Assembly (NCBI RefSeq): GCF_902713615.1
Contig: NC_052149.1
Coordinates: 126,049,256 to 126,113,255, forward strand
Reading direction: 5' to 3'
DNA: 64,000 nt
Source of the DNA: Scyliorhinus canicula
Taxonomy: Eukaryota
The translations under genes were made by a program, and so were the position numbers. Shown one piece after another: positions 1 through 12,575 of this stretch; position 1 is the first letter of the stretch, and each line of letters begins with the position of its first letter. The notes under the pieces are model-generated. The model saw only the letters and a list, made by a program, of their open reading frames with translations, searched no databases and was not told the DNA's origin.

Positions 1-204
1 CAGCTGACACTAGGAAAAGGTCAATACCGTTTTACTGCACCGGGTCTCTCACTGCACCTGACACTAGGAAATGGTCAATAACGTTTTCTCCGTTCCCTCG
101 TGTCAGTCGTAGTGACAGACGTTTTGACTGCACTGCGTCACTCACTACACCTGAGACTAGGAAACGACCAATACCGTTTTACTGCACTGGGTCTCTCACA
201 GACT

Positions 205-1722
205 AGATTGTGTACACAAACTGGATTATGAAGTGTGATGTATCTGTGTACACAGACTGGATTATGAAGTGTGATGTACCTGTGTACACAGACTGGATTA
301 TGAAGTGTGATGTACCTGTGTACACAGACTGGATTGTGAAGTGTGATGTACCTGTGTACACAGACTGGATTATGAAGTGTGATGTATCTGTGTACACAGA
401 CTGGATTATGAAGTGTGATGTACCTGTGTACACAGACTGGATTATGAAGTGTGATGTACCTGTGTACACAGACTGGATTGTGAAGTGTGATGTACCTGTG
501 TACACAGACTTGATTGTGAAGTGTGATGTACCTGTGTACACAAACTGGATTATGAAGTGTGATGTATCTGTGTACACAGACTGGATTATGAAGTGTGATG
601 TACCTGTGTACACAGACTGGATTATGAAGTGTGATGTACCTGTGTACACAGACTGGATTGTGAAGTGTGATGTACCTGTGTACACAGACTGGATTGTGAA
701 GTGTGATGTACCTGTGTACACAGACTGGATTATGAAGTGTGATGTACCTGTGTACACAGACTGGATTGTGAAGTGTGATGTACCTGTGTACACAGACTGG
801 ATTGTGAAGTGTGATGTACCTGTGTACACAGACTGGATTGTGAAGTGTGATGTACCTGTGTACACAGACTGGATTGTGAAGTGTGATGTACCTGTGTACA
901 CAGACTGGATTGTGAAGTGTGATGTACCTGTGTACACAGACTGGATTGTGAAGTGTGATGTACCTGTGTACACAGACTGGATTGTGAAGTGTGATGTACC
1001 TGTATACACAGACTGGATTGTGAAGTGTGATGTACCTGTGTACACAGACTGGATTGTGAAGTGTGATGTACCTGTGTACACAGACTGGATTGTGAAGTGT
1101 GATGTACCTGTGTACACAGACTGGATTGTGAAGTGTGATGTACCTGTATACACAGACTGGATTGTGAAGTGTGATGTACCTGGATACACAGACTGGATTG
1201 TGAAGTGTAATGTACCTGTGTACACAGACTGGATTGTGAAGTGTGATGTACCTGTGTACACGCACTGGATTGTGACATGTGATGTACCTGTGTACACAGA
1301 CTGGATTGTGAAGTGTGATGTACCTGTATACACCGACTGGATTGTGAAGTGTGATGTACCTGTGTACACAGACTGGATTGTGACATGTGATGTACCTGTG
1401 TACACAGACTGGATTGTGAAATGTGATGTACCTGTGTACACAGACTGGATTGTGAAGTGTGATGTACCTGTGTACACAGACTGGATTGTGTAGTATGATG
1501 TACCTGTGCACACAGACTGGATTGTGAAGTGTGATGTACCTGTGTACACAGACTGGATTGTGACGTGTGATGTACCTGTGTACACAGACTGGAGAGTGAA
1601 GTGTTATGTACCTGTGTACACAGACTGGATTGTGACATGTGATGTACCTGTGTACACAGACTGGATTGTGAAGTGTTATGTACCTGTGTACACAGACTGG
1701 ATTGTGTAGTGTGATGTACCTG
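205..1722. repeat. 36-bp minisatellite (TGTGTACACAGACTGGATTGTGAAGTGTGATGTACC)n, about 42 copies
   Basis: Directly visible; gives 12-aa periodic ORFs in several frames. Confidence 0.97.
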
Positions 1723-1910
1723 ATGAGCCAGATATATCTCCAGTACAGGAGGAGTCTACTCAGCCCCTCATGTCTGTGCTAGCTGTATACTAGCGTTATT
1801 CACAACTAACATCTCAGTTTAATGTCTGTTATGGGGAAGTGACTGGAATCTGTGATTGGACACAAAATCAGTCAGAAATATGAACTGATCCGAGAGAGTC
1901 AGCACGGATT

Positions 1911-2025
1911 TAAATGAAAAATGAAATGGAATGAAAATCGCTTAATTGTCACGAGTAGGCTTCAATGAAGTTACTGTGAAAAGCCCCTAGTCGCCACATT
2001 CCGGTGCCTGTCCGGGGAGGCTGGT
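1911..2025 (-). mobile_element. 3' part of a short SINE with (CATTT)n-like tail
   Basis: Near-identical to the 3' part of the element at 29133-29326; related to the tails of the SINEs at 41803 and 51476. Confidence 0.75.
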
Positions 2026-2029
2026 CAAA

Positions 2030-3050
2030 CATGTTTAACTAACCTGGTTAGATTTGTTAATGAGGTCACCAATGTGGTAGATAAGGGAATGTCTGTGATG
2101 TTATATTGATGGATTTCCAGGTGCCAAACAAGAGACTGAATCATATGGAATTTGAGGAAATCAATTTCCATGGATAAGGAATTAGTTCGGAGGGAGGAGA
2201 CAGGGAGCAGGGATAATGGGCGGGATTCTCTCAGCCCGGAGCCGTGCCGGAGAATCCCCGCGACCGCGCCACGCCACCCCGACACCGGCACGTGATCGTC
2301 GCCACTGGCGCCCGTGTGTTTGGTGCGGCGCTGGTTGGGGGCCGCTCTCCGCGGGATGGGCCAAGCGGCCGCTGTTAAAATGCTGAGTCCCGCTGGCATC
2401 GAGCAGGCGTGGATGGCACCGGCGGGACTCAGCATTTTAACTGTGTGCAAGGGTCGGGTGGCGGCCTGTGTGTGGGGGGGGGCTACGACACCGGCGGGGG
2501 GCTCCGACACCGGGGGGCCTTCAATGCGGCCTGGCCCACGATTGGGACCCACCGATCGGCAGGCCGGCCTTTCTGTCCCCCGACCTCTATTCCTACGCGC
2601 CGGCCCCCTGTACTACTGCGCCATGTTGCGTCGGGGCTGGCACATTGAAGGAGGAAGCCGTGCATGAGTGCGTCGGCATCGGCACCACAGCGCATGCACG
2701 GATCCCCCGGCTCACAGTTAGCGCCGGGATTGGCAGCTGGAGTGGCGTGAACTGCTCCATTGCCGTTCTGGCCCTCTGTAGGGGCCAGAATTACTCTTGG
2801 CAGCAGCCTGTTCACACTGTCGTAAAACACGACAGCGTTTACAATGGCGTGGACACTCTGCCACGGGATGGGAGAATCCCACCCCAAGTGTGTGTACTCC
2901 AATCAGCAAGATGTGAATAGTGATGTCCCCAGGGATCTGAGCTGGAGCCTCAGCTTTTCACTGTATTTCTCAATGACTTGGATGAAGGAATAGAGAGACT
3001 TATATCCAAGTTACTGACCACACTAAGTTAGGCAGCTTGGAGGAGGTTAC
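2030..3050 (+). mobile_element. Decayed CR1 RT fragment split by a MITE
   Basis: Degenerate DFQKAFDKV, VPQG and NDLDEG..SK motifs on both sides of the MITE. Confidence 0.6.
2218..2884. mobile_element. GC-rich MITE, Harbinger-like terminal inverted repeats
   Basis: GGGCGGGATTCTC ... GAGAATCCCACCC termini; the same TIR motif recurs across the window. Confidence 0.7.
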
Positions 3051-3059
3051 AGAGATAGG

Positions 3060-3750
3060 GAGGGTGGAGGACAGGGTGGGGTTTGAGAACAAGGATGAGA
3101 ATTTAAAATCGAGGCATTGCTGGACCGGGAGTCAGTGTAGGTCAGTGAGCAGAGGGGGTGATGGGTAAACGGGATTTGGTGTGAGTTCAGATCCAGGCAG
3201 CAGAGTTTTGGATCAGCTGATGTTTACGGAGGGTGGTAGGTGTGAGGCCGGCCAGGACAGCATTGGAATAGTCACGTTTAGAGGGAACAAAGACATGGAG
3301 GAGATTCTCAGCAGCAGATGATGTGAGGCAGGACGGACTCGGGCGATGTTACCGAGGGGGAAATAGGCCGTCTTAGTGATGGAGCGGATGATGTGGTGGG
3401 AAGGTCATCTCAGGGTCAAATAGGACACCATGGCTGTGAACTGTGTGGTTCAGAGTCAGACAGGCCCAGGGAGAAGGATGGAATCAGTGTCTGGGGAACA
3501 GAGATTGTGATGGGGACTGAAGACAATGGCAGATGGAGTTCAATGTGGGGATGTGAAATCATCCACTTTGGACCAAAGAAAGAGAAATCAGAGTTATTTC
3601 TAAATGGTGGGAAGCTGGGAATTGTGGAGGAACAGAGAGATGAGGCCAATGTTGTAAAGAGTCTGGTTGAGCAGCAGACAGTGCTCAGGGAGAGGGATGG
3701 AGTTTGTATCGGGAGCTGAAGACAATGGCTTTGATCTTCCCAATGTGTTT
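3060..3750 (-). mobile_element. L2-type LINE fragment(s)
   Basis: Resembles the antisense L2 RT/3' region also seen at 24020-24340 and 53770-54780; by-eye family recognition. Confidence 0.5.
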
Positions 3751-4467
3751 CCCAGTGAGCCTGGCTCCTCAGTCCTGACTGCCCATAGCTGCTGTTCTTT
3801 TCACTGATTGGACAGTTATTGTTAGAGATTCAGACAACAGCAGAAACCCCCAGTGTAAAAAATAACAGCAAAGACTATCAGATCGGAAGATTGAAACGTA
3901 ACCAACAGAGGAAGTGAAAGAAGGGGCTCAGAGCAGCTGGATGTTTGTTACTGACACAGGAGAAACTGTGAACCGTGTCCATTACCTCGAATCTTCCAGC
4001 ACAGAAGGAGGCCATTCTGCCCATCGTGCTGTGACTTACCCAATTAGTCCCACTCCCCCTCTCTATCCCCATAACCCAGCAAATCTTTCCCTTTCAGGGA
4101 TATCTCCAATTGCCTTTTGTAGACCTGGGTCCACAGCACGAGACTGTCCCTAACCTGGCTCCAAATTGGCATCTCATTCATTCATTGGAAGACAAAATGT
4201 CTTGGCTGGGAAATGGAGCTCAGGGCTCCGAACATTCCCTCTCCCCTCCTGAGGGACACTTCATGCTGGGATATAGTTCCATGGAGCCCCACAGCACAAT
4301 GTGGGGGAGGCCGTGGTGTAGTGGTAATGTCACTGGACTAATAATCCAGAGGCCCAGGCTAATGCTCTGGTCACAGGTTCAAATCCCACCATGGCAGCTG
4401 GCGGAATTTAAATTCAATGAATAAATCTGGAATTAAAAGCTCGTCTCAGTAATGGTGACCATGGAAC

Positions 4468-4870
4468 TGTCATAATATACATCCATGTATATAATGGAGT
4501 GCAGACAGGCAGTGATTGACACACAGGATGACCAGTAGGCACACAGAACACAGCAGCCAATCACCAGACGGGACATGACCACTATAAAGCCAGAGGGCAC
4601 CAGTTTTCCCGCTCTCTCGGGATCCAGCCTCTGAGACAGTCAGAGCTCGTGAGCATAACCAGTACAAACACCATGTGGTAGTCAGTTAGTCTGGTCAGGC
4701 TAGCATCAGGTCTGCAGTCAAGTCAGCATAGTGTCAACCCACAGTTGAACATGTATAATAGTTTAGATGTTAAATAAAATTGTGTTGCATCTCATCAAGT
4801 GTTGGAAGTCTGTCTCTCGCTACACTGCATCAAACGCAGTCCACATAGACCCAGCCAGCCCAACACATCA
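4468..4870 (+). mobile_element. Solo LTR (403 bp)
   Basis: TG...CA ends, TATAAA about 4583, AATAAA about 4774, 5-bp TSD GGAAC/GAAAC. Confidence 0.8.
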
Positions 4871-6153
4871 GAAACCATTGTCGATTGTCGTAAAAACCCG
4901 TCTGGTTCACTAATGTCCATTAGGGAAGTGAATCGGCCGCCCTCACCTGGTCTGGCCTACATGTGACTCCAGATTCACAGCAATGTGGTTGACTCTGAAA
5001 TAGCCACTCAGTTGTATCAAATCGCTGAAAATTCTAAAAGGAATGAAACCGAACAGACCTCCCGACATCGACATAGACCCCGGAAACAACAACGGCAAAC
5101 CCAGCCCTGTCGACCCTGCAAAGTCCTCCTTCCTGGTATCTGGGGACATGTGTCAGAATTGGGGGAGCTGTCCCACTGACTGGTCAGACACAGTCATACT
5201 TTCAGAATTATGCCTCACAGATAATGCGCGCAATTCTCCGGAAACATTTCAAAGTGTTAGCGAGCGGGAATTGCTGCAAAGTTCCCGGCTCTCAGCCCAG
5301 CGAGCCCTCCATCACACCCCCCTCTCCCACCACTGTGAACCACGCTTGTAGCTAACGATGCCCTCTCTGTGTCTCCTCAGGAAAAGCTCTCCCATAACCA
5401 TCGGGAGAGGGCCCAGACTGGTGGACATAAGAATCCTCACCTCTTTGAGGAGCAGGCCCTGGATGTGACGGTGTAGCCGAGGACAGAGTAGTCACCCACA
5501 CGGAGGCTGGCGGATGCTGCTGATGTGAGGAACCACCAGAATCCACCCAGGGACCTGTCAAACGTGAGTTATTATTGCCCTACTGACTGGCCCATCCCTC
5601 CCACTGACCACATGTCCATTCTCCCGCAAGTCCTCCAGCCGATGGCGCCAGCCCTTCCCGTGAGGCCCCCTCTCCTGACTCCGAGCAGAACACCTCAGAG
5701 GAGATCTCCAAGGATACAACCTTTATAATCGTGTCACAGCTGCCATCCCCCCCTCCACCAGTGCAGATACACACACCTCGGTGGAAAACCCATCCCCAGC
5801 CGAGGGTCCCTCAACCCCCATCCAGCACTGGGTTGGTAAACCCAGTGCCCCCGGGCTCTTTGCCTGTGAGTAAAGATGGCTACTCACCTCCTCAGCTCCC
5901 CACAGAAGTCCTTCCGCCAGGTTCACCTTTTTTTTTAATAAACAATTTTATTGAGGTAGTTTTTGGCTTTATAAACAGTTACAGACATCATCAGAAAGAA
6001 AGCAAAAAAGGCAAAAATGTGCAAACATCCACGTACTTTCAATACTTCCTTCGTAACATATTGCACAAGCCCGGTCCCCTCCCACCGGTACTACCTGCCA
6101 TATTTTCCCTCCTACTCTACTCTACCCACTCCCCCCCACCCCCCTGCTGACGC

Positions 6154-9100
6154 TCACTCTCCCGCAAAGAAGTCAATAAATGGTTGCCACCTCCGAGCGA
6201 ACCCCTGCACAGATCCCCTCAAGGTGAACTTAATTTTTTCCATCCCCAGGAAACTCGACATGTCCGCAAGCCACCCCTCAGTCTTCGGGGGCTTTGAGTC
6301 CCTCCACGCCAATAATATTAGTCGCCGGGTTATTAGGGAAGTAAAGGCCAAAACATCGGCCTCTTTCTCCCCCTGGACGCCCGGGTCTTCCGAAACCCCA
6401 AAAATTGCCACCCCTGGACTCATCACCACCCTTGTTTTTAGCACCCGGGTCATGACCCCCGCAAATCCCTCCCAGTACCCCCTAAGCTTAGGGCATGCCC
6501 AAAACATGTGAACATGGTTCGCTGGTCCTCCCGAGCACCTAGCGCATTTGTCCTCTACCCCAAGGAATTTGCTCATCCGAGCCACCGTCATATGGGCCCG
6601 TTGAACGACCTTAAATTGAATCAGCCTGAGCCTAGCACATGTCGCTGTCGAGTTTACCCTACTCAGGGCTTCTGCCCACAGCCCATCCTCCATTTCCCAG
6701 CCTAGCTCCTCCTCCCATTTAAGTTTCAGTTCCTCTGTCTGGGACCCTTCCTCCCTCATGAGCACCTTATAAATACCCGAGACTCTACCCTCCCCTTCTT
6801 CCTTCCTAGAGACTATTCTGTCGAGGATCCCCATTGGCGGGAGGCGTGGGAAAGATGGGACCTGTCTACGAACAAAGTCCCGCAACTGTAGGTATCTAAA
6901 ATCATTTCCCCTTACCAACCCAAATTTCTCCTCCAAGCTCCTCAAACTCGCGAAGCTCCCTTCCAGGAACATATCACCCACCCTTCCCGCCCCTGCTCGC
7001 CGCCATACTCGGAACCCCCCATCCATACTCCCGGGGGAAAACCGATGGTTGTCGCAGATTGGCGCCCAGTCAGACGCCCCCACCTCCCCTACCTGCATCC
7101 TCCACTGGCCCCATATTCGCAGGGTCGCCACCATTACCGGGCTGGTGGAGTACCTGGCCGGCGGCAGCGGTAGGGGAGCCGTGACCAGGGCTGCCAAGTT
7201 GGAGCTCCTGCACGAAGCCGCCTCCACCCGCTCCCAGATAGACCCCGTACCCACCATCCACTTCCTTATCATAGCGATGTTGGCTGCCCAGTAATAATTA
7301 ATCAGACTCGGCAAAGCCAGCCCTCCCTCGCTGCGGTTCCTCTCCAACATCGCCTTCTTCACCCGCGGAGACTTTCCCGCCCAGACAAAGCTCATGATCA
7401 GCCCGTTAACTCTTTTGAAGAAGGACTGTGGGATAAAGATCGGGAGGCACTGAAAAATAAACAAAAATCGAGGGAGGATTGTCATCTTTACAGTCTGCAC
7501 CTTCCCTGCCAGCGACAGCGGGAGTGCATCCCATCTCCGAAACTCTCCCTTCATTTACTCCACCACCCTGGCCAAATTTAACTTATGCAGCCTGCCCCAG
7601 TCTCGTGCCACCTGGATTCCCAAACACCGGAAATTTTCCTCAACCAGCCTAAACGGTAGCCCTCTCAATCTGTTCTCCTGGCCCCTTGCCTGTACCACAA
7701 ACATTTCACTCTTGGCCATATTTAATTTGTATCCTGAGAACTGGCCGAACTTCCTCAGCATTCCCAGTATAGTTCCCATCCCGGCCACTGGATCCGACAT
7801 GAACAGGAGCAGGTCGTCTGCATAAAGAGAGACCCTATGTTCTACCCCGCCCCTCACCATCCCCTTCCATCCCTCTGCGGCTCTCAGCGCAATCGCCAGC
7901 GGCTCTATGGCCAGCGCAAACAGCAGCGGGGAGAGCGGGCAGCCCTGCCTGGTCCCTCGGTACAACCTAAAGTACTCCGACACCTCTCTGTTGGTCCTGA
8001 CGCTGGCCCTCGGGACCTGATATAATAATTTGATCCAATCCACCAATCCCTCCCCGAACCCAAACCGTCCGAGCACCTCCCATAGATAGTCCCACTCCAC
8101 GCGGTCAAAGGCCTTCTCGGCGTCCATTGCCACCACTACCTCCACCTCCCTACCCACTGGGGGCATCATTATCACATTAAGTAATCTTCTCAGGTTGGCC
8201 GCCAGCTGCCTACCTTTCACGAACCCCGTTTGATCCTCCCCAATCACCTCCGGTACACAGTCCTCCATTCTACCCGCCAGTACCTTTGCCAGGAGCTTGG
8301 CGTCTACATTAATCAGGGAGATTGGCCTGTAGGACCCGCACGCCTCCGGGTCTTTACCTCGCTTCAATATCAGAGATATAGTGGCTTGCGACATTGTCGG
8401 CGGCAGGGTCCCTCTGTCCCTTGCCTCATTGAAAACCCTCGCCAAGACCGGGCCCACCAGCTCAGAGAACTTCCTATAAAACTCTACTGGGTATCCATCC
8501 GACCCCGAGGCTTTCCCCGACTGCATGGCCTTAAGGCCCCCCAATACCTCCTCTACTATAATCGGGGCCCCCAGCTCTTCCACTCGCCCCCCCACCTACT
8601 GTTGGGAATGTAAACCCGTCCAGAAACCTTTTCATCCCCTCCGGTTCTTCCGGCGGCTCCGAAGTACACAGCTTACGATAGAAGTCCCGGAATACCTTAT
8701 TCAATTCTGCCGGGTCCTCCACTTTGCGCCCACCCTCGTCCCTCACTCTACCTATTTCCCTGGCCGCCTCCCTCCTCCTGACTTGCTGCGCTAACAGTCT
8801 GCTAGCCTTTTCCCCATGCTTGTACACCACTCCCCTCACCTTCCTAAGCTGTTCCACGGCCCTGCTCGTGGATGGTGCCCCCAGTTCCGCCTGTAGTCTC
8901 TGCCTCTCCCTGAGTAAAACCTCCCCCGGGGACTCCGCGTGCTCTTCATCTATCCGACCCATTTCCCTGACCAATCTATCCATCTCTGCCCGGTCTGCCT
9001 TGGCTCTGTGGGCCCCAATTGAAATCAGCTCCCCCCGCACTACTGCCTTTAGCGCCTCCCACAGGGTCACCGCTGAGACCTCCCCCGTGTCATTCACCTG

Positions 9101-10295
9101 CAGGTAATTTTGCATACACCTCCGAAGCCTCTCGCAGATCCCCTCCTCCGACAGCAGTCCCACATCTAGCCTCCATTGCGGGCGTTGGTAGCTCGCTCCC
9201 CCGAACTACAGGTCCACCCAATGCGGGGCATGGCCTGAAATGGTAATTGCTGAATATTCCGTGTTCTTTACCTCCCCCATACAGTCCCTGCCTAGTACAA
9301 AGAAATCTACCCTAGAATATACTTTATGGACGTGCGAGTAAAACGAGTAGCCCCTTCCTGTTGGCTGTCTGGCTCTCCAGGGGTCCACTGCCCCCATTTG
9401 CTCCATAAACCCTTTCAGCTCCCTTGCCATTGCTGAGAGTCTACCCGTTCTGGGACACGACCGATCCAAAGCCGGGTCAAGGACCATGTTAAAGTCCCCT
9501 CCCATTATTAGCCTGCGAGAATCCAAGTCCGGGATCTTCCCCAGCACTCTTTTAATGATGTCCACGTCATCCCAGTTCGGGGCATATATATTCACCAGCA
9601 CCACTCTTCTCCCCTCCAGTCTGCCCCGTACCATCAGGTATCTGCCCCCCCTGTCTGTGGATATGCCCTCTGCCTCAAATTGCACGCGCATGTTGATCAT
9701 GATTGCCACCCCTCTGGACTTCGAGTCCAAGTCCGAGTGGAAGACCTGGCTAATCCAGCCCTTCATAGAACATAGAACATAGAACAGTACAGCACAGAAC
9801 AGGCCCTTCGGCCCTCGATGTTGTGCCGAGCCATGATCACCCCACTCAAACCCATGTATCCACCCTATACCCGCAACCCAACAAGCCCCCCCTTAACCTT
9901 ACTTTTTAGGACACTATGGGCAATTTAGCATGGCCAATCCACCTAACCCACACATCTTTGGACTGTGGGAGGAAACCGGAGCACCCGGAGGAAACCCACG
10001 CAGTCACGGGGAGGACGTGCAGACTCCACACAGACAGTGACCCAGCCGGGAATCGAACCTGGGACCCTGGAGCTGTGAAGCATTTATGCTAACCACCATG
10101 CTACCGTGCTGCCCGGTTGCTTAGCCTGGTCTGGTCAGACACTTTCAGATGTGTCTCCTGCAACATAATTACGTCCGCCCTCAGGGCCCGCAAGTGCGCG
10201 AACACCCGCGCCCTCTTAACCGGCCCATTCAGTCCCTTGACGTTCCAGGTGATCAGCCTGGTCGGGGGGCACATCCCACCCCCCCCCCCCCCCAC
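6154..10295 (-). pseudogene. L1 ORF2 (AP endonuclease, RT, C-terminal domain), frameshifted and interrupted by a SINE
   Basis: ITWNVKGLN..QETHL, GGDFN, DAEKAFDRV, RQGCPLSP, LYADD motifs over ORFs 10101-10295, 9206-9766, 8531-9163, 7555-8595 and 6154-7554. Confidence 0.92.
9765..10114 (-). mobile_element. HE1-like tRNA SINE with CR1-type (GTTCTAT)n tail
   Basis: tRNA head, V-type core, tail matching the CR1 3' ends at 17000 and 32810; it splits L1 ORF2. Confidence 0.85.
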
Positions 10296-10950
10296 CCCGC
10301 CGGTCAGCCATAGCCTTTCTCGGGCCGGCCCCTGGCCCGTGCGTCGCGCTATTCCTGGCCCGCCCTTTGGCTGCCTCCACCCTCGACCTCCTTTCCAGTG
10401 CCTATTTCAAGTCCCTCCCCCGTCAGCAGAACAACCCCCACCCCCCCAACCCCATCCCCCGATACCCCCACCCCTGCCATCTACTGGCTGTGACTTCCCC
10501 CCCCACCTGACTCCCTTGACTAGCCAATCTGCTAGCCCGGTGACTCAACACTCCGGCGCCTTCCTGTCTCATTCCCATTGTTTCCCCGTCCTCCTCCCCA
10601 CTCCCCGGCGCCCCATCCCCCTCTCCCACCCACTAGGGCAAGCCGGCTCCAGTGTCCTCCGCGAGCTGCACAAAAAGTACAAATCAGCCCAAACAGAAGA
10701 AAAAAACAGAAAAAAGAGGAAAAAGCACAAAAATATATACCCAACCCCCACCCCCCCCCCCCATAAGAAACAAGAGAGACCACAAAAAAACCCAAAAAAA
10801 AGGAAAGAGGGGGGTTAACCCCCCCAAACCAATGTCCATGAACAAAGGAAAAAGAGTCCCAAATGTTCCGCTTGGCCCCTTTGGCCCAGCAAACCGTTGA
10901 GCAGCAGTCCAGGCACATTCGGCGCTCCTTCCCACAGTAATCCTCGGGCC

Positions 10951-11694
10951 CTAATTCGCGTCCTTGGGGCCTCCTTTCGGGACCAGCCCCAGGTCCCTCA
11001 CAAAATCCATCGCTTCTTCGGGCTCGGAGAAGTAGTGGTGTTGACCCTGGTGCGTGACCCATAGCCGAGCTGGGAACAGCAGACCAAACTTCACGTGCTT
11101 CTTGAACAGCACCTCCTTGACATTCTTAAAGGCTGCTCGCCGCCGAGCCACCTCCTGGCTTAGGTCCTGATAAATGCGGAGAACACTGTTGTTCCACGTG
11201 CTGCTCCTGGCGCTCTTTGCCCACCGCAGCACCCGCTCCTTGTCCACGAACCTGTGGAACCTAATCACCATCGGGCGGGGGGGTCCGCCCGGCCGCCCCT
11301 GCCTTGCCTGCACTCTGTGTGCCCCCTCCAGCTCCAGCGGTCGTGGAAAGGCTTCGGCCCCCATCAGCTGCTTCAGCAGGTCTGCTACAAACGCTGCAGC
11401 ATCAGCTCCCTCAGCCCCCTCCAGGAGGCCGACCATCCTCAGATTGTTCCTGCGGACTCTATTCTCCAGCTCCTCCACTCTGTCCAGCAGTCTTCTCTGC
11501 CGCTCTTTCAGGCCATCAACTTCTAGCGCTGCAACCGTCTGCGCATCCGCCTGCTCCTCCACCGCCTCTCCCAGCTCCTTAACTTTAACATCCTGCGCGT
11601 CCAGCCTCTGGTTCAGCTGATCCACCGCTTTCTGGATTGGGTCCAAGCTGTCCCGCTTCAGCGCTTCAAAACTGGACTTCATTACCTGGAGCAT
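10951..11694 (-). CDS. L1 ORF1p (coiled coil and RRM; true start probably further upstream)
   Basis: RRNNLRMVGL.EG, LELEGAHRV, RPMVIRFHRF, RIYQDLS motifs. Confidence 0.85.
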   Translation of the reverse strand: MLQVMKSSFEALKRDSLDPIQKAVDQLNQRLDAQDVKVKELGEAVEEQADAQTVAALEVDGLKERQRRLLDRVEELENRVRRNNLRMVGLLEGAEGADAAAFVADLLKQLMGAEAFPRPLELEGAHRVQARQGRPGGPPRPMVIRFHRFVDKERVLRWAKSARSSTWNNSVLRIYQDLSQEVARRRAAFKNVKEVLFKKHVKFGLLFPARLWVTHQGQHHYFSEPEEAMDFVRDLGLVPKGGPKDAN

Positions 11695-12348
11695 GTTATC
11701 CAGCGCCTACTGGATTGCTAAGTCCGGGGTCCGTGTGTCCGCCATCTTAGGTCCCAGGTAAGTTTCTTCAGTTCCTTGTCTCTGTCCCTTTTTCTCCTTC
11801 TTCTTCTGCCTTCTGGACTCTCGCTGTTCCATGTGCCGCAGCCCGCTCCTCAGCACCTTCGCTGCCGCCTTCCTTCGCCCAGCTCCTTAAATTTTACCTT
11901 CTGGGCCTCTGAAGTGGGTCCAAGTTGTCCTGCTTCAGCGACTCCAAAACTTATTTTCTTCTCCTGGAGGAAGGAAGGTCCGTGGGTCCGCTATCTTACG
12001 TTGCAGGTCAGTTTCCTCTGCTCCTTGCCTCCGTGTCTCTCTCTCTCTCTCTTCCCCTACCTGCTGGCCTCCCACGGTTCCATCGATGTCAGCCCGCTCT
12101 CCTGCTCTTTCGTGGCAGCCATTTTTCCCCCCGTGGTCCCGCTATCGCGGGGAATCAGCTCCAAAGCCCCGCCGGAGTGAGAGCCCGCCGAATGTGCGGC
12201 TCACTCAGGCATCGCCGCCACCGGAAGTCCAGGTTTACCTTTTTAAATGGAGTACTAATCGGCGTCAGCGTGACCACTTACTGGGGAGGCGGCTGAATGA
12301 CGGGAGGCTGTTGGATATGGGGTCGCTCCCGATAATTGTATGGAAATG

Positions 12349-12575
12349 GGGCAGTGCGGTGGCGCAGTGAGTTAGCACTGCAGCCTCACGGCGCCGAGGT
12401 CCCAGGTTCGATCCCGGCTCTGGGTCACTGTCCATGTGGAGTTTGCACATTCTCCCCGTGTGTGCGTGGGTTTCACCCCCACAACCCAAAGATGTGCAGG
12501 CTAGGTGGATTGGCCATGCTAAATTGCCCCTTCATTGGAAAAAATGAATTGGGTACACTAAATTTTTTTTAAAAA
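12349..12575 (+). mobile_element. tRNA-derived SINE
   Basis: A/B boxes, V-type core, 19-bp direct repeat AATTGTATGGAAATGGGGC on both sides. Confidence 0.88.

Larger units (their letters stand above)
5928..12230 (-). mobile_element. Full-length L1/Tx1-clade LINE, defective
   Basis: 5' end GGACTTCCGGTGGCGGC, ORF1 and ORF2 remnants, AATAAA plus poly(A) at 5928-5955, TSD CAGGTT(C/T)ACCTTTTT. Confidence 0.92.

Noticed and set aside
1-200. Three imperfect copies of CTGA(C/G)ACTAGGAAA..CAATA.CGTTTT
   Set aside because: Truncated by the window edge and irregularly spaced; cannot be classified.
138-1709. ORFs of 300-460 aa in several frames
   Set aside because: All arise from the 36-bp minisatellite and are open on both strands; no exon signals.
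4303-4390. tRNA genes here and at other A/B-box sites
   Set aside because: No complete cloverleaf; each continues into a SINE or LINE body.
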